64,000 bases of DNA from Hemiscyllium ocellatum. Lineage: Eukaryota. The stretch covers positions 310,001-374,000 of the forward strand of contig NW_026867501.1 of the NCBI RefSeq assembly GCF_020745735.1, given 5' to 3'. Below, piece by piece: positions 1 through 12,014 of the stretch; within the stretch, counting starts at the first letter, position 1; each line of letters opens with the position of its first letter. The position numbers were made by a program, and so were the translations under genes. The notes beneath the pieces are model-generated. The model was not told the origin of the DNA. It ran no database searches and saw only the letters and a program-made list of their open reading frames with translations.

Positions 1-769
1 ATGTCTCATTCTTCTTGCCATTATTCCCAACATTTCATGCTTCAGTTCAGATAAAAATAAACTGATTATTAATATCGAATTCAAACTGTAAGCTAATTCC
101 ACCACCCCAACCCCCATTTTTGATTAATTGCTCAAAAACATTTGCCAATTTAAGTGGCTTAAAGCAAGTAAAACGACCGAAGTCGCGATAATGTCATGAC
201 CTTCATTTACAACAAAATTAACCTATATAGATAAGAACCGGATTCACTCTCTTTCTCGATGCTGCGAATTTAGCTGCAGTCGCTTCAATGTTAGTTTGAC
301 TTTTGAGGTGAGTTGATTTTATTTCGTCCATTGTAACTGTTCCCATGCATGGAGTGCTTTGGAGTACTGGTTGAAATGAGAGAATCGGGGAAATTGGATA
401 TTCTACGCATTGTAGTTCCAGCGACATGGTAGAAGGATATTGATGTTCGGATAGAGTTTGTGAATAGATTTGCAGAGCGTTCATTTGACCGAAGCAGACA
501 GGCATTGAGCAGAAGGGAAGTCTGCTGATGCAGGGAAAGTCAGAATATAGACAAAGAGAAACAACCGAAGAATGTCGACAAGCAAAAGTGATTGATGTGT
601 GACCTTCATCAGATCTGAGCAATCAACCAATCTTATTTCTTCAGAAAACCCGCTGTGTTTCCCCATGAGTGAAATATGCCCCGATCTGAATTCACTGTTC
701 TATATCGGATTTGAACTCTCAATATATTTGTAGATTCAATTATTACTGTACAAATCTAGAAGGCGTGTC

Positions 770-1191
770 ATGTGTCCCATATGCTCCTTGCTAATAATTA
801 TGTCCGTACTGCTTGGTGAGTCTATGTTTAAATGTTCATGAGTTATATTTTCTGACAGATGTTTGATAGATTGTGTTTTTTTGCAGGGACTAATAGCGAA
901 GATGCAACATTCCAGGATCCGCACGAATTCGTAGTCCTGGAAGGACAGAACATAACGCTGAACTGCAGTAAGGCGACATCTTCTGTTCCAACTGTGTTTT
1001 GATACATTCAGCATCCTGGGGACACTGCGGGATATTTAGTGAAAGCATATGTTTCGGGGGAAGGGAGAAACCTCCCAACATGTTCAAGACAGGTTCTCTC
1101 CTATTTTGTCCAAAGAAAACAACATGTTTCATTTCAAAGTCGCTCGAGTTCTTCTCTCCGACACCGCCGTGTCGTTTTGTGCTTTGGAACC
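770..1191 (+). pseudogene. TCR alpha/delta-type V segment pseudogene (V0): leader exon 770-815, intron 816-886, V exon 887-~1191
   Basis: Leader MCPICSLLIIMSVLL(G) ends at a GTGAG donor; acceptor ttgcag at 881-886. The V exon reads GTNSEDATFQDPHEFVVLEGQNITLNC...TVF*YIQHPG, with the conserved Trp replaced by TGA at 1000-1002. After a frameshift near 1075 it continues QHVQDRFSPILSKENNMFHFKVARVLLSDTAVSFCALEP. Confidence 0.85.
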
Positions 1192-1229
1192 TACACTGCT
1201 GTAAATACTTCAGTTGCTATACAGAAATG
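1192..1229 (+). other. Degenerate 23-type recombination signal sequence of V0
   Basis: TACACTG (1192-1198), 22-nt spacer, ACAGAAATG (1221-1229), directly after the CALEP codons. The essential first C of the heptamer is mutated. Confidence 0.6.
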
Positions 1230-3624
1230 TACCTTGAGACTTCCAACTGATGTCCACGTGAGGGAGTTCCAGACCAATAAACTCAGTCAATAATACAACA
1301 CCCAGGATGAGAATCACAAAATCATTAATGAAATAAAAAAAAACACTCAACAAGATCATGCAAGAAAAATACAGGAGAAATCGCCTTAATTCTTAATTTA
1401 ACTTGCAAAATTCATTTTTAAATAAATTATTGCCTGCTACATTTATGCATGTTCTGTCATGTTATCGTTTTCATATACCTCTGAAATTTACTGTTCATTT
1501 ACATTTGTTATTGATTTACATTTCACAAAGTAAAACTTTGGTAATTCAGTCTCTAGCATGGACTTCCCTCAATTGTCATTGTTTTTTTTTCGATATTTGT
1601 TCATTGTGTGCTGATGATATTCGTAAGCCAATGTTAACATCTAAAATGACTGTACAGTTGCTTCAAGCCCAACACAGACAGCATAAGCATTTCTGTTAGG
1701 AGGACATTATTGACACCTGAGCTTGATCTCGTTCAAAGGGAGCTAGTCCCCATCAGACAGATCTTACAACAACATCTTGTACACAACAATGTTCGTGCAG
1801 AGCATCCTGTAATATTTTCAGAAGATTCCTCAGGAGGTGGATTAGCATGAAATTCCTTTAATTCCATACCTCTTACAGTGCAACAGCATCACTGGATTCC
1901 TCAAGCAATTCTGATAGATAGCAGGAGGGGGAGGTGAGGGGGAAAACAATTTCTGATAGGTGATTCACGTAAAAAATTGAAGCATCTTATCTCTTTCATC
2001 AGGCCCAATTCGATTAAAATGTGAAGGAAATCTCTCCCGAAGTGTGAACTGGAATGACTCATGTTGTCTACATTGCAGTGGAATAATGTGATCTGATAGT
2101 CATCCGAAATACAATGGATACCACAAGAAATAACACAGTGAGCCCCTGATGTAGAACAGATGAGCAATCTATTAGCATTTTTCTGGAGATGTGTTGCCTC
2201 TGAAAGTCTTACATGAAGCATATTAATGTGCTAGTTATATCTAGACATGATATTACCAACCATTCTTATGTTCCTTCAATTGTGGGAAAGATCATGGAAA
2301 AATAAACGAATGAGGATGAAGATCTAACAGGGAGCACACATCTCATGTATGGTGACAGACAATTGCCCAGTTAGAGCTGTTTCTGTTCATTAACAGACAG
2401 ATAATCAATTACTGCTCTGAGAACAGGTCGATAAATACCCAAAAGAACTAGATAAGAGCATCCGAAGAAACAAAATCAGATAATTCATTGCGAAGATGAA
2501 AAGGGATGTCTTCATATCCTAGCCAGCCCTTTTACATCACGTGCAGGGAAGGTTTTATTACTCAACATTTCCTTTGACTATAGTGTATTCCTGGCAGTTC
2601 AGAGTTAACAAAGCATAAAAAGCCCCTCACTTTTTTATTCATTTTCGTTCAAACATGTTGTTTTTCTTTAAATCGGAGCCTTGGCTATTCTGTCACCCAG
2701 CTGTTCTATTCAATCCAAAAACAGGAATTGTTAGAAAAGCTATTATGTGTGGCAGTTTCTGTGAAGAGAAATCAGAATTAACCCTCCCGTTCTGGTGACC
2801 CTTCACCGGAATTGATGCTAGCTAGTAAAATGTCGGATTTTATGCAGAAGCTATGGTGGGGGGAGTGGTTAACGTCTAAATAGTAGATGGGCATAGAACC
2901 AACCGAGAGGGCGATCTGTTGGAAAGACAAAAGAATGGCTAACGATCTGGATATGAGGATTAATACCCGTTAATGAGACAGTTACTGACAAACAATAGGT
3001 AGTGTGCAATCGTAGAATAAACAATAATAATGCCTGTGTGCGGTAAGGGGCTCGGACATAGGAAATTTCAATTGAACTCAATAATGAGTCAAGGGAGCTA
3101 CGAATTCTCCAAGCAGAAAACAGGGTGTTGTGCTCACCACTTGCACTGAGTTTCACTGGTGCATTGCAGCAACCCTGAGACAAGAATGTTGGCAAAGAAC
3201 AGGGCGGTGTACTTGCTATACATGAATGTAAAATGTTGAGTTGTAGTGTATTGCACCCATTTGCAAAAAGCAGCAAGATTATATTCTCCCTGCTATTTTG
3301 AACAAGTGGAGAACAGTGGTTTATTAGATTATTGACTTGTGATTGGATTGGATTGCATTGCCTGAATATTAATCAGATAAACTATTCAAAATTAGTTTCT
3401 ATTTCAATGCTGGAAACTGCAATTCAATGTTTTTGGTGTAAGATGGAATAATCTGTTATCATTGTGTTCGACATTTCCATGCACAAATTTCATGATTATT
3501 ACGAAGAAAGTTATTGCAGAGCTGTCTTCATTTTAAACAATAGAATGACATATAGTGATTAATCAAGACAGTTCAATATTATGCTTAAATTTACCACAAC
3601 TACATTGTTTGAGAATGGCGATAC

Positions 3625-4490
3625 TATTACGGTTATCATACCATTAGGCAGATGGTGTGGACTCTCTTGGTGCACCACTATTTATTTTGCAGGGATAGCA
3701 GTGAGTGATTTAACGTGATTGGGTGCATCCTGAATTGGATCTGTGGTATTGACTTTTGGTACAGTGCTCGGTCCACGACCTCCGCCTATGAACACAACAC
3801 AGTGATCATCTATTCCAGGCGAAATTGCCCTGCCTGGCTGATTGTGCTATTCACTATCGACCATTTCGTGGTGATGTGTTGCCAGAATGAGAAGAGAAGA
3901 TATTGCATCATTAAACCTGTCTCGCTGTTCATCGGAGTGGGTTGTTTCCTGACCTGCATCCTTAGCCTCCCTTCCTATTTTGAAGACTGACTCTTGTACA
4001 AAGTAGACAGAATTACCTCATTCTGAGACTTCATAGACACATGGAAAAAAACTAACCTTCATGGAGGATCTATGAATGGCTGAATCACGTCTTGACGCGT
4101 ATTCTCTCGATCCTCCCCATTCCACTGCTCAATCTCTCGACAGTCAGATACGTCTTGGTGGCCAGTTATACCTGAATGAGACACTATGTTGAGGGAAACC
4201 ATGGTGACCCAGAGATGGCCACCCACAACTGATCCATTTTACTGTGCTTCACCATTTCGCTCAGCTTCATCTTCTTTGGAACATCAATGCCATGCTCTCC
4301 CTCTATGTTTGGTTAGGGCGAGTCCTACTTTAGAGACTTGGATTTCACAGACCCACAATTTCTGCTTCAACAATCGAATAACAAGCTGCAGAGACAACAA
4401 AATCTTCATTTGAGCAATATCCCAGTAGTTTCAAGGCAAACTCAAGAACTTGCTGGTGTCTTCTATCACATGTCTGGCCAGTTACGAATA
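3625..4490 (+). pseudogene. GPR139-like GPCR pseudogene (G1), exon 2 remnant
   Basis: Colinear nucleotide similarity to the intact copy at 20644-21539 (ggtgtggactctcttggtgcaccac; FTIDHFVVMCCQN; DLDFTDPQFLLQ) with several stops and frameshifts. Intron sequence ~3200-3600 and the 3' flank ~4630-4720 also match the intact copy. Confidence 0.9.
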
Positions 4491-5319
4491 ATCTTGTTAT
4501 GTTGTTTTCCTTCCATCAGAGAGGATCCGTATGTCGCACTCTCTCCACCCCCATCCCCCACCACCACCCACGATGGACCCACGTCTCTCCCTCTGTCTCT
4601 CTCTGCCTGTCTCTCTATATCTCGATAGCTCTCTTAAAGTTGACTAACGTTTGTGTGTTCTTGCTTCTCTAATGGAGATATGAACAATACATTCCACAGC
4701 CTTGATACCCGTGTTCGCTAAAACGAACGGATTATGAAAAAAAACGCAAATTGTATGCCGAAGATAGATATGCTAAAACAAGGCCCGTGCCTGTTATCAT
4801 TAATGCAGATTTCCAATGATCCGGCTCATTTCACTTGATATCACCACTTCCTGTCCTTTCTTCTCAGTCACCATTCTTGGGTGACTCAATACCTGATTCG
4901 CTCTCATTTACGTCTCAGGGTTGTTGTATTGATATAATTGAATCTGCCACTTTGTTCGGGTCCTCATGAACATGCCTCAACAATGATCCCGATAGTTTTT
5001 GTCATTTCTCTGGATTGTAGAATCGTGCCATTAGTGATTACGTCCCAATTTAGTTTAAGTGTTTCACAGTCCCAGCAGTTCCAGCCCATTTCGCACGAAC
5101 CACCAAACCCCAAACACACCTGAAGTCGTGCTTTACATTTTCCTTTCCACAAAAAGGTCAAGATTATTTTCGTGATTCTTTTAGTTTCTGTTTCGTTTAA
5201 TATTGTACAAAGTAATCAGAAACGAGGCTTTACTTCCATTTTACATCATTAAGTCACATTTGCCAGTTCCTGGTTGTCAGTTATCTCGTCTTCGGCTGTG
5301 AATATCCATAAGGATAAAT

Positions 5320-5333
5320 GCGCCACCTTGTGG
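5320..5333 (-). promoter_or_regulatory. CTCF-like motif
   Basis: Minus strand reads CCACAAGGTGGCGC, one mismatch to the CCASYAGRKGGCRS core. Motif match only. Confidence 0.4.
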
Positions 5334-6089
5334 TAGATTTGGATCAATTAGGTGTGTCGCCTTTCCATCACTGAATGTACTATATCTGTGATTCATTCTT
5401 CAGTGAAAGATATGTTATCATGAGGATAGTTTGCCCCCCTCCATGGTAAATATTGTAGACCCTGAATTATAAGTTGTTTGTTTTGAAAAATGCTAAATAA
5501 GATAAAAAATATATAATGTTTTTGGAATTTTGATAAATTCGTTGCGTATTGTTCGTACTGAAATTGTGCTTCTAATCACAGAAACTCCAAAATCCAAATT
5601 GTATGAAAATGGAATGCAAAGGTTGACTTGAACTTGTATCTTCAATTTGTCATGGACAGCCACTGAAATGGAAATGACAACATTGTTTTCTCCCCAGGAT
5701 CGTTATTGTTGAATTTCGCCAGCAAAAAGTGCTTTAGTTCAGATCTCCAGTTCATTGTTTTATTGTTTTAGTGTAATCAGTGATAGGAAATGTAATAAAC
5801 GCTTGTTCTGATAATGTCATTGAAAGATTCTGCAATTGAAATATTGCTTTCGAAAGCTTTCGACAATTCGATGAGCTGCACGACGTTAATGATTTCTAAG
5901 TTGCATTTGAAGCACAGGACACTTTTTTTCCTGCACGTCAGACATGCAATTGAATATGGTTTCACCATCGAAGAGGAATCCCAGCCATTTTGTTAGTTTT
6001 CTAGCTGACGTCAGTCACAACAATGGTCAGATATGGAGACTCGCAGAAAACAGATGCATTTAACAATCATAGACGCCCTACAGCGAGAG

Positions 6090-6370
6090 GCAGACCATGT
6101 GGCTCTTCTTGGCCATAACAATCCTCCGAAGAGCATTTCTACCAGACCCACTCCGTCTGTCCTTAATCCTGTATTTTCAGTGGCTCGTGCTATTCACCAA
6201 GACTGCACAACCCCGGGCTCTACGGGCAATATGGCATGGCTAATACACCCAACAGGCATAATTTGGTCTGTGGAAGAAGACAAGTGCATTTGAAGGAAAT
6301 CTAGAGAGACACGGAGAAATTAATCAAACTTCACGGTCGGTCGTCAGAGGATAGAGTCGATTCTTGATTC
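6090..6370 (-). mobile_element. Degenerate HE1-type SINE fragment
   Basis: The reverse complement resembles the body and CR1-derived tail of the SINE at 34650-34967. Confidence 0.5.
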
Positions 6371-6933
6371 TTTTAATGACCGAGTCAGCATGCCGCCCAA
6401 CAGCAACATTTTTATGTGAACAGTTACGTTGGTGGTAATGTCTATCTTTAATCAGAGAGGTTTATTCTGAGACTCTTATATTATCAGAACTGAGCTGGAC
6501 ATGTTTGTCTCTGTGTCGATCGCTGAAATTCATAACAGCCAAATCACATAATCCCTACAATGAGGAAACAAGCCCTTTGACCCAGCAACTACACTTGATC
6601 CTCCAAAGAAGGACCCATCCATACCATTCAACTACTGTACAGTATTTACGGGAATGGGTTGTCAATAGCAATGACAGTTACTTAAGAAAATGATTCATGG
6701 CTGACAATAAAAGTGCCACAGTGAAAAAGAATGATACTAGTAAGGAGTTGAGCCAACCATTCTTTACGCAAAAACTTAAAGAGAGGTTAAGAGGCAAGTG
6801 CAGGGATTGGGGATTCTTTTTTAATTACAATGGAAGATGGAGTTCTACACCAAGAATCAAACAAAATCTCATCTGCTTGTTTAACAAGGTAGTGACCTTT
6901 CAGTATACACTTAATGAGTTGAATATGGAGGGT

Positions 6934-7030
6934 GGGGGGGGGGGGGGGCGGAGAAATATACAGACAGATAAGAAATACAGAGAGGGAGAGAGCGACAGAC
7001 AGACAACAGAGAGAGAAAGAGAGAGAGAGA
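6934..7030. repeat. 15-nt G run followed by (GA)n/(CAGA)n microsatellite
   Basis: Directly visible: G15 at 6934-6948, then agag/acag repeats. Confidence 0.9.
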
Positions 7031-8410
7031 AACCAAACCAGCGATGTTTGTCACGTCTCAGATATAGGGCACCATTTAAAACAGCATTACGAGAGTTCCA
7101 TGTAGTCAATACATACTAACAATGGTTTCTCTGGTATCTCAATGCAATGGTCAACTATTTACTCGCCAGTTTTCGTGCAGTGAGGTTTCTTGGGGTGAAG
7201 TTATCACCAGGAATATTCACATTATACTTACTTTAAAAGTTACAGCGGTCTTGTAAAGTTATTAGTTATTTATCAGAATTGCAGGCTTTCAGGTTAATCC
7301 GATGTTTTTAGATTTATTGTGTCAACAAATTCCTCCAACGATCCCTCCGCATCATCTTCGAAACTCACACACTCTCCAATTCAGGACAAAGACATCAAAG
7401 TTACCTGAGCAACAGAAGCTTCAAAATCCTGGCCAAAGCATACATACCATTCCGAGTTTGAACTTCATAACGATTATTGCACATCCGCCGATTGAAAATC
7501 CTAGCCATCCCTTCTTAATATCATTGGCGTGCACACTCACTAGACTGAAAGTCGGTGGCATCGTGGTAACGTCAGCTGCTCAGATTATGTCTTACTGTTC
7601 ATGAATCCCATCATTCCATCTGGAGGTATTTGGGCCTGAACTTCTCATAATATGCAGTTAGAACCTTGTGCCTGGAAATACCAAGATTTCCAGTTCATTG
7701 GTGTGTTTTGAACAATATATTGTGTCACTTCAGTGAATTCGTTGGTCTGTTAATCAAACACTCGTGCAATGAAGGCAAATTTGGAAAATCCAACTGATTC
7801 CCTCATCCAAACATCGATAAAGGGTAGTTGGCCAAATGTTAAATGAACAATTCCTTGAATATTTTAGCGAGTTAGACATATGTTTAATTAATAAGAGAGC
7901 CAAGGGATATAATAGTAAGGCAGTAAATGGATATTAAGATCATTAAATCATCCATAATGCCAGTGAAAAGCAGAGATCCAATTGGACTTAATGTCCAATA
8001 TCTTGCCCATACATCCTATACTTAATTGCTTTCTAACGGTTATTGATGAAATTCTGGTTGATGTTTATAGACTTAGAAAGTTAACACTTTATGTGCCCAC
8101 ACAGTCACTGGAAACTGATTACACATGCATGTGAATAATCTTCATGCCACTGCTGCCTTCTAGTGGCAGCCAGTTATAATTGCGTTCAGAGAAATTGCAC
8201 AATTTCGCGTCATACAGTCACAGAGATGTACAGAACTGAAAGCGATCTTTTGGTTCAATTCGTCCATGCTTTCCAGATATCCCAAACAAATCTAGATCCA
8301 GCTCGGCGAACAGAACCACTACAACAAGCACCCGAGCTACAAATCTTCGCACAAACTTTGAAATCTAGATCCATTTGAAAGAATTTTGCGCATATCAATC
8401 TAAACCCTTC

Positions 8411-8760
8411 CTATTCATATTCATTCAGATTCTTTTTGAATTTTGTCATTGTACCAGCCTCAAACACTTCCTTCAGAAGTTCATTCCATACGTCTGCAAT
8501 ACCCCTCGTGGAAAAGTTGCCTCTTAAATCCCTTTGAAGTCTTTCTCCTCTCACCTTAAACCTATGCCCTCTATGACTGGGCTCCTCCCTCCCGGAGAAG
8601 CAATCTGGTCTGATCGCCCTATCCATGATCCTCATGATTTTATGAACTTCTAAAACGGAACCCCTCCGCCTCCAAAGCTTCAAGAAAACAGTTCCAGCCT
8701 GTTCAGCCTCTCACTACAGCTCAACTCTGGCAGAATTCTTGTAAATCTTTCGGCAATATG
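8411..8760 (-). mobile_element. CR1 LINE 3' ORF2 fragment
   Basis: ORF ...SHRGHRFKVRGERLQRDLRGNFSTRG..VWNELL resembles the C-terminus of the CR1 ORF2 at 24762-27665. Confidence 0.85.
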
Positions 8761-9189
8761 TTCAGCTTTAAGACAGATGTAACTAATGTAGTCATTAATT
8801 GTATGGGCATTAATTCTTCATTGTTGTAATGATCTTTATATCTATTTAGCAATCGAAATGACTTCAACGAACAAAGTATAATGCAAAAGTGGAGAGAATG
8901 GCTGCAGTGGAGTTGAACAGGGTGCAATTACAAAAGAATGTTTTCATCATCGCACAGTTAGCACAAAAATTATAGGCTGCTCAGACTGTTTGTGTTGTGC
9001 TATTCTATGACTGACTATGACCGCAAGTTGCTTCTCTTGATTGAATCAACAAGAAGTTACGCCACTATCGTTGTTGGTGGTCCTGAGTTATCACACAGTG
9101 ACGTGTACCACTGTACAAATGGTGTACTGACACAAAGACAGAGCACTCCTATAGACTGTGAATTTCTTTTAATAATTCTTTATTCACAT

Positions 9190-10620
9190 GTGAGACTTGG
9201 CGTCACTGGCTGGCCAGTATTGATAGATCGTCCCTATTTGACCTTGAAAAGGTGGTGATGAGCTACCTTCTGAAATCGCTGCAGTACACTTGCAGTAGGA
9301 TAACCTACAATGCTGGTAGGGAGGAAATTCCAAGAGTTTGACCTAACGACTGTGAAGGACCAAGTCCGAGTGATAAGTGGCTTGGAGGGGAACTTGCAGT
9401 TGATGTTGTTCCCAAGTACCTGCTGCCCTTGTCCATCTACATGGACATGCTTGTGGGTTTTCTAGTTGCTTTCTTAGAATGCAGGGTGTAGTTCTGCAGT
9501 GCATCTTGTAAATGGTACATACTGCTGCAACTGCGCATCAGTGGTGGAGGGATTCAATATTTGTATATGTAGTACCAATCAAGTGGGTTGCTTTATCCTG
9601 GATGGTGTCAAGCTTGTTGAGTGTTGATACAGCCGCACGCATCCAGGCAAGAGTGGATTTTTCCATCATACTCGTGACTTGTGCCTTTTAGTTATTGTAT
9701 CGACCTTGAGGTGTCAGAAGGTGAGTTACTTGTCGCAGTATCCCTAGTTTCTGACCTGCTGTTGCGGCCATTGTGTTCATGCGGTGAGTCCAATTGAATT
9801 TCTGCACAATGGCAACCAAGGATGTTGCCAGTGGGGAGTTCTGTGATGGTAGTACCGTTGAACGTCAAGGGGCGTGTTTAGAGTGTCTCTAATAGTTGAT
9901 GATCATTGTCTGCCACTTGTGTGGCGCGAATGTTACTTGCTATTTGTCGATCCAAGCATAGATATTGTGTAGATTGTGTTGCATTTGAGCCCGGACTGCT
10001 TCAGTGCCTGAAGAGTTGCGAATGATGCTGAACACCATGCGATCATCAGCGACCATTCCCACTTCTGAACTTATCACAGATCGTCGATCTGTCGATGAAC
10101 CAGCTAAAGATTGTTAGGTCTAGGACATTCCCCTGAGGGTCTGCTGCAGAGATGTCCTGGAACTGAGATTTCTGACCCTCCACAACCACAACTATCTTCC
10201 TTTCTGCCAGGTGTGTCTGTAACCAGTGGCGTCTTTGCCCGCTGATATCAAATGATTCCAGTTTTGTTAGGGCTCCTTGATGCTCGACTCTGTAAAACGC
10301 GGCCTTGATGTCACGGGCTGTCACTTTCCCCTCATGACTGGAATTTAGCTCTTTCATCCATGTTTGAACCAAGGCTGTAATGAAATCTGGAGCTGAGTGA
10401 CCCTGGTGAAAGCCAAATTGTTTGACACTGAGAACGCGGTTGCTGAGAAAGTGCTGTTAGATCGCATTGGTGATGACCTCTTCCATCACTTTACTGATGA
10501 TGGAGAGGCGACTGTTTGGATGGTAATTGGCCAGGTTGGATTTATCCTTCTTTGTTGTGTACAGGACATACCTGTGCAATTTTCGACATTGTCGTGTAGC
10601 TGCTGATCAGACACTCCCAT
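9190..10620 (-). mobile_element. Old non-LTR retrotransposon (CR1/L2 clade) RT remnant
   Basis: ORF 10046-10372 has DIKAAFYRVEHQG...PQGNVLDLTIFSWFI, which are degenerate RT motifs (DxxxAFD, PQG). Confidence 0.8.
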
Positions 10621-11535
10621 GACTGCTCATGACATTCATCAACAGACTACACATCTTCTGTAACGAAAGAGTTATTCTGACTGTGCAGAATCTAGTAACA
10701 CCTGCAGGGTGCCAAGTTCTATGTACATCCCCTATTCTGCAGAAGCAGATTACACTTGATTCGATCACGCAGAGTCAAGAATATTTCTTTTATGACTCAC
10801 TTTCGAACTAGCAACCTGTCCTTTTTTCTCAGATGTCAGCAGTGGGAGATGAGGAACTCATTAGTCTTTACACGACTTATATATCCAGATCAGGCATTTC
10901 CACAGAGGATGGAAAATGCTCATTTACGCCCTGCCACCAGAAGAAATGTCATGTGACTGAGGCTTTCATCGCTGGCTCTGACTCATTAATTAATCGATAC
11001 AAAATGTCTTTCACTGTTTACCGCTGTTCAGATGTGAGCTCGATCCCGATTTCTTAATGGTATTTTAACGAAGACTGCATTGTCCTGAACCACTCAAATC
11101 TATGATTCACCGTTCAGGGGCTCCAAATATGGAGGTACAAGGGCAGCAGTCAATAACCCGCAACGCGTTTGACATTGTTCAAGTTACCAGAGTGATTGAT
11201 TATTACAATCACGTGGCAAGTTATTGCCTCTCAAACGGAATGCTGCAATCCCCTTTTTCGGTGGAGAATTTTGTTTAACCTAAACTGGTTCATGTATTTT
11301 CTACACCACATCATCACTGAAACAGTGAAACACCATGGGACATTTCAAAAGACATAAAATAAATTATTTCGTTCTCATTCATTGAACTAACAGCACTAGT
11401 TCGTTTCAATAAACGGTTAAGGTTTTATGTTAAATGCGATGCATGAGATATCACCGTGAATTCGCCAGCCTCTTCAGATCCGTTTCTGATCTCACTGCTC
11501 CCTTTACGAATCGTCAGGTTTAGTTGCTCTCTGAG

Positions 11536-11574
11536 AGTTTTTGTAAGGACACAACCCAGTTCTGAATCTCTGTG
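11536..11574 (-). other. 23-RSS of V1
   Basis: Minus strand: CACAGAG (11574-11568), 23-nt spacer, ACAAAAACT (11544-11536). Confidence 0.95.
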
Positions 11575-12014
11575 GGGCTCAGTGCGCAGAAATACATCGC
11601 GAAGTCTGTCAGTTCTGCTGTCAACACTTTCAGCTGGATAGTGCGTTTCACATGATCAAACTCCGAGGAAAACCGGTCTTCTGGATGATTCTCTGTGTTC
11701 GTGATATATTGGTTTCTGTTTAGCAGATACTCCATGGAGCCGTTGGAATGCTGACGGTACCAGAACAGATAAGGATTGCTATTTGATGTAGCTGTGTAAT
11801 TACAGAATAACAGGACATCATCCGCCTCGTTCACTGTGACTGCGGCCGGTGATTGTGACACAGAATCTGCACGACAAACTCCTGTCATAAAATAGGAGTG
11901 AGAATAAATTTTAGAAGTTACTTCGTTACACTTATAGCATAGAATTAGCCCATTCACCTCGAACAATAAACAGAGGAATAAGAGACAGGGAAGATGAACA
12001 AGAATCCATTTCAT
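11575..12014 (-). CDS. Germline TCR alpha/delta-type V gene segment (V1), apparently intact: leader exon to 11958, 76-nt intron 11957-11882, V exon 11881-11575
   Basis: V domain GVCRADSVSQSP...LLFC...LFWYRQ...DRFS...LTDFAMYFCALSP has both Cys and the Trp, with no stops. GT-AG intron and a 23-RSS are present. The CALSP ending is typical of TCR Valpha/delta. The leader phase is ambiguous (see findings). Confidence 0.9.

Noticed and set aside
218-666. ORFs of 134 and 61 aa with a signal-peptide-like stretch
   Set aside because: No Ig Cys/Trp framework, RSS or other recognisable motif in any frame I translated.
2134-2140. Perfect CACAGTG heptamer
   Set aside because: No nonamer at 12 or 23 nt and no V/D/J coding sequence adjacent.
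6006-6013. Perfect CRE (TGACGTCA), typical of TCR V promoters
   Set aside because: No leader or V exon found on either side; an 8-mer can occur by chance.
7370-7560. Faint zinc-finger-like rhythm (RV*TS*R ... YHWRAHS)
   Set aside because: Cysteines absent and spacing is 25 rather than 28 residues; cannot be supported by eye.
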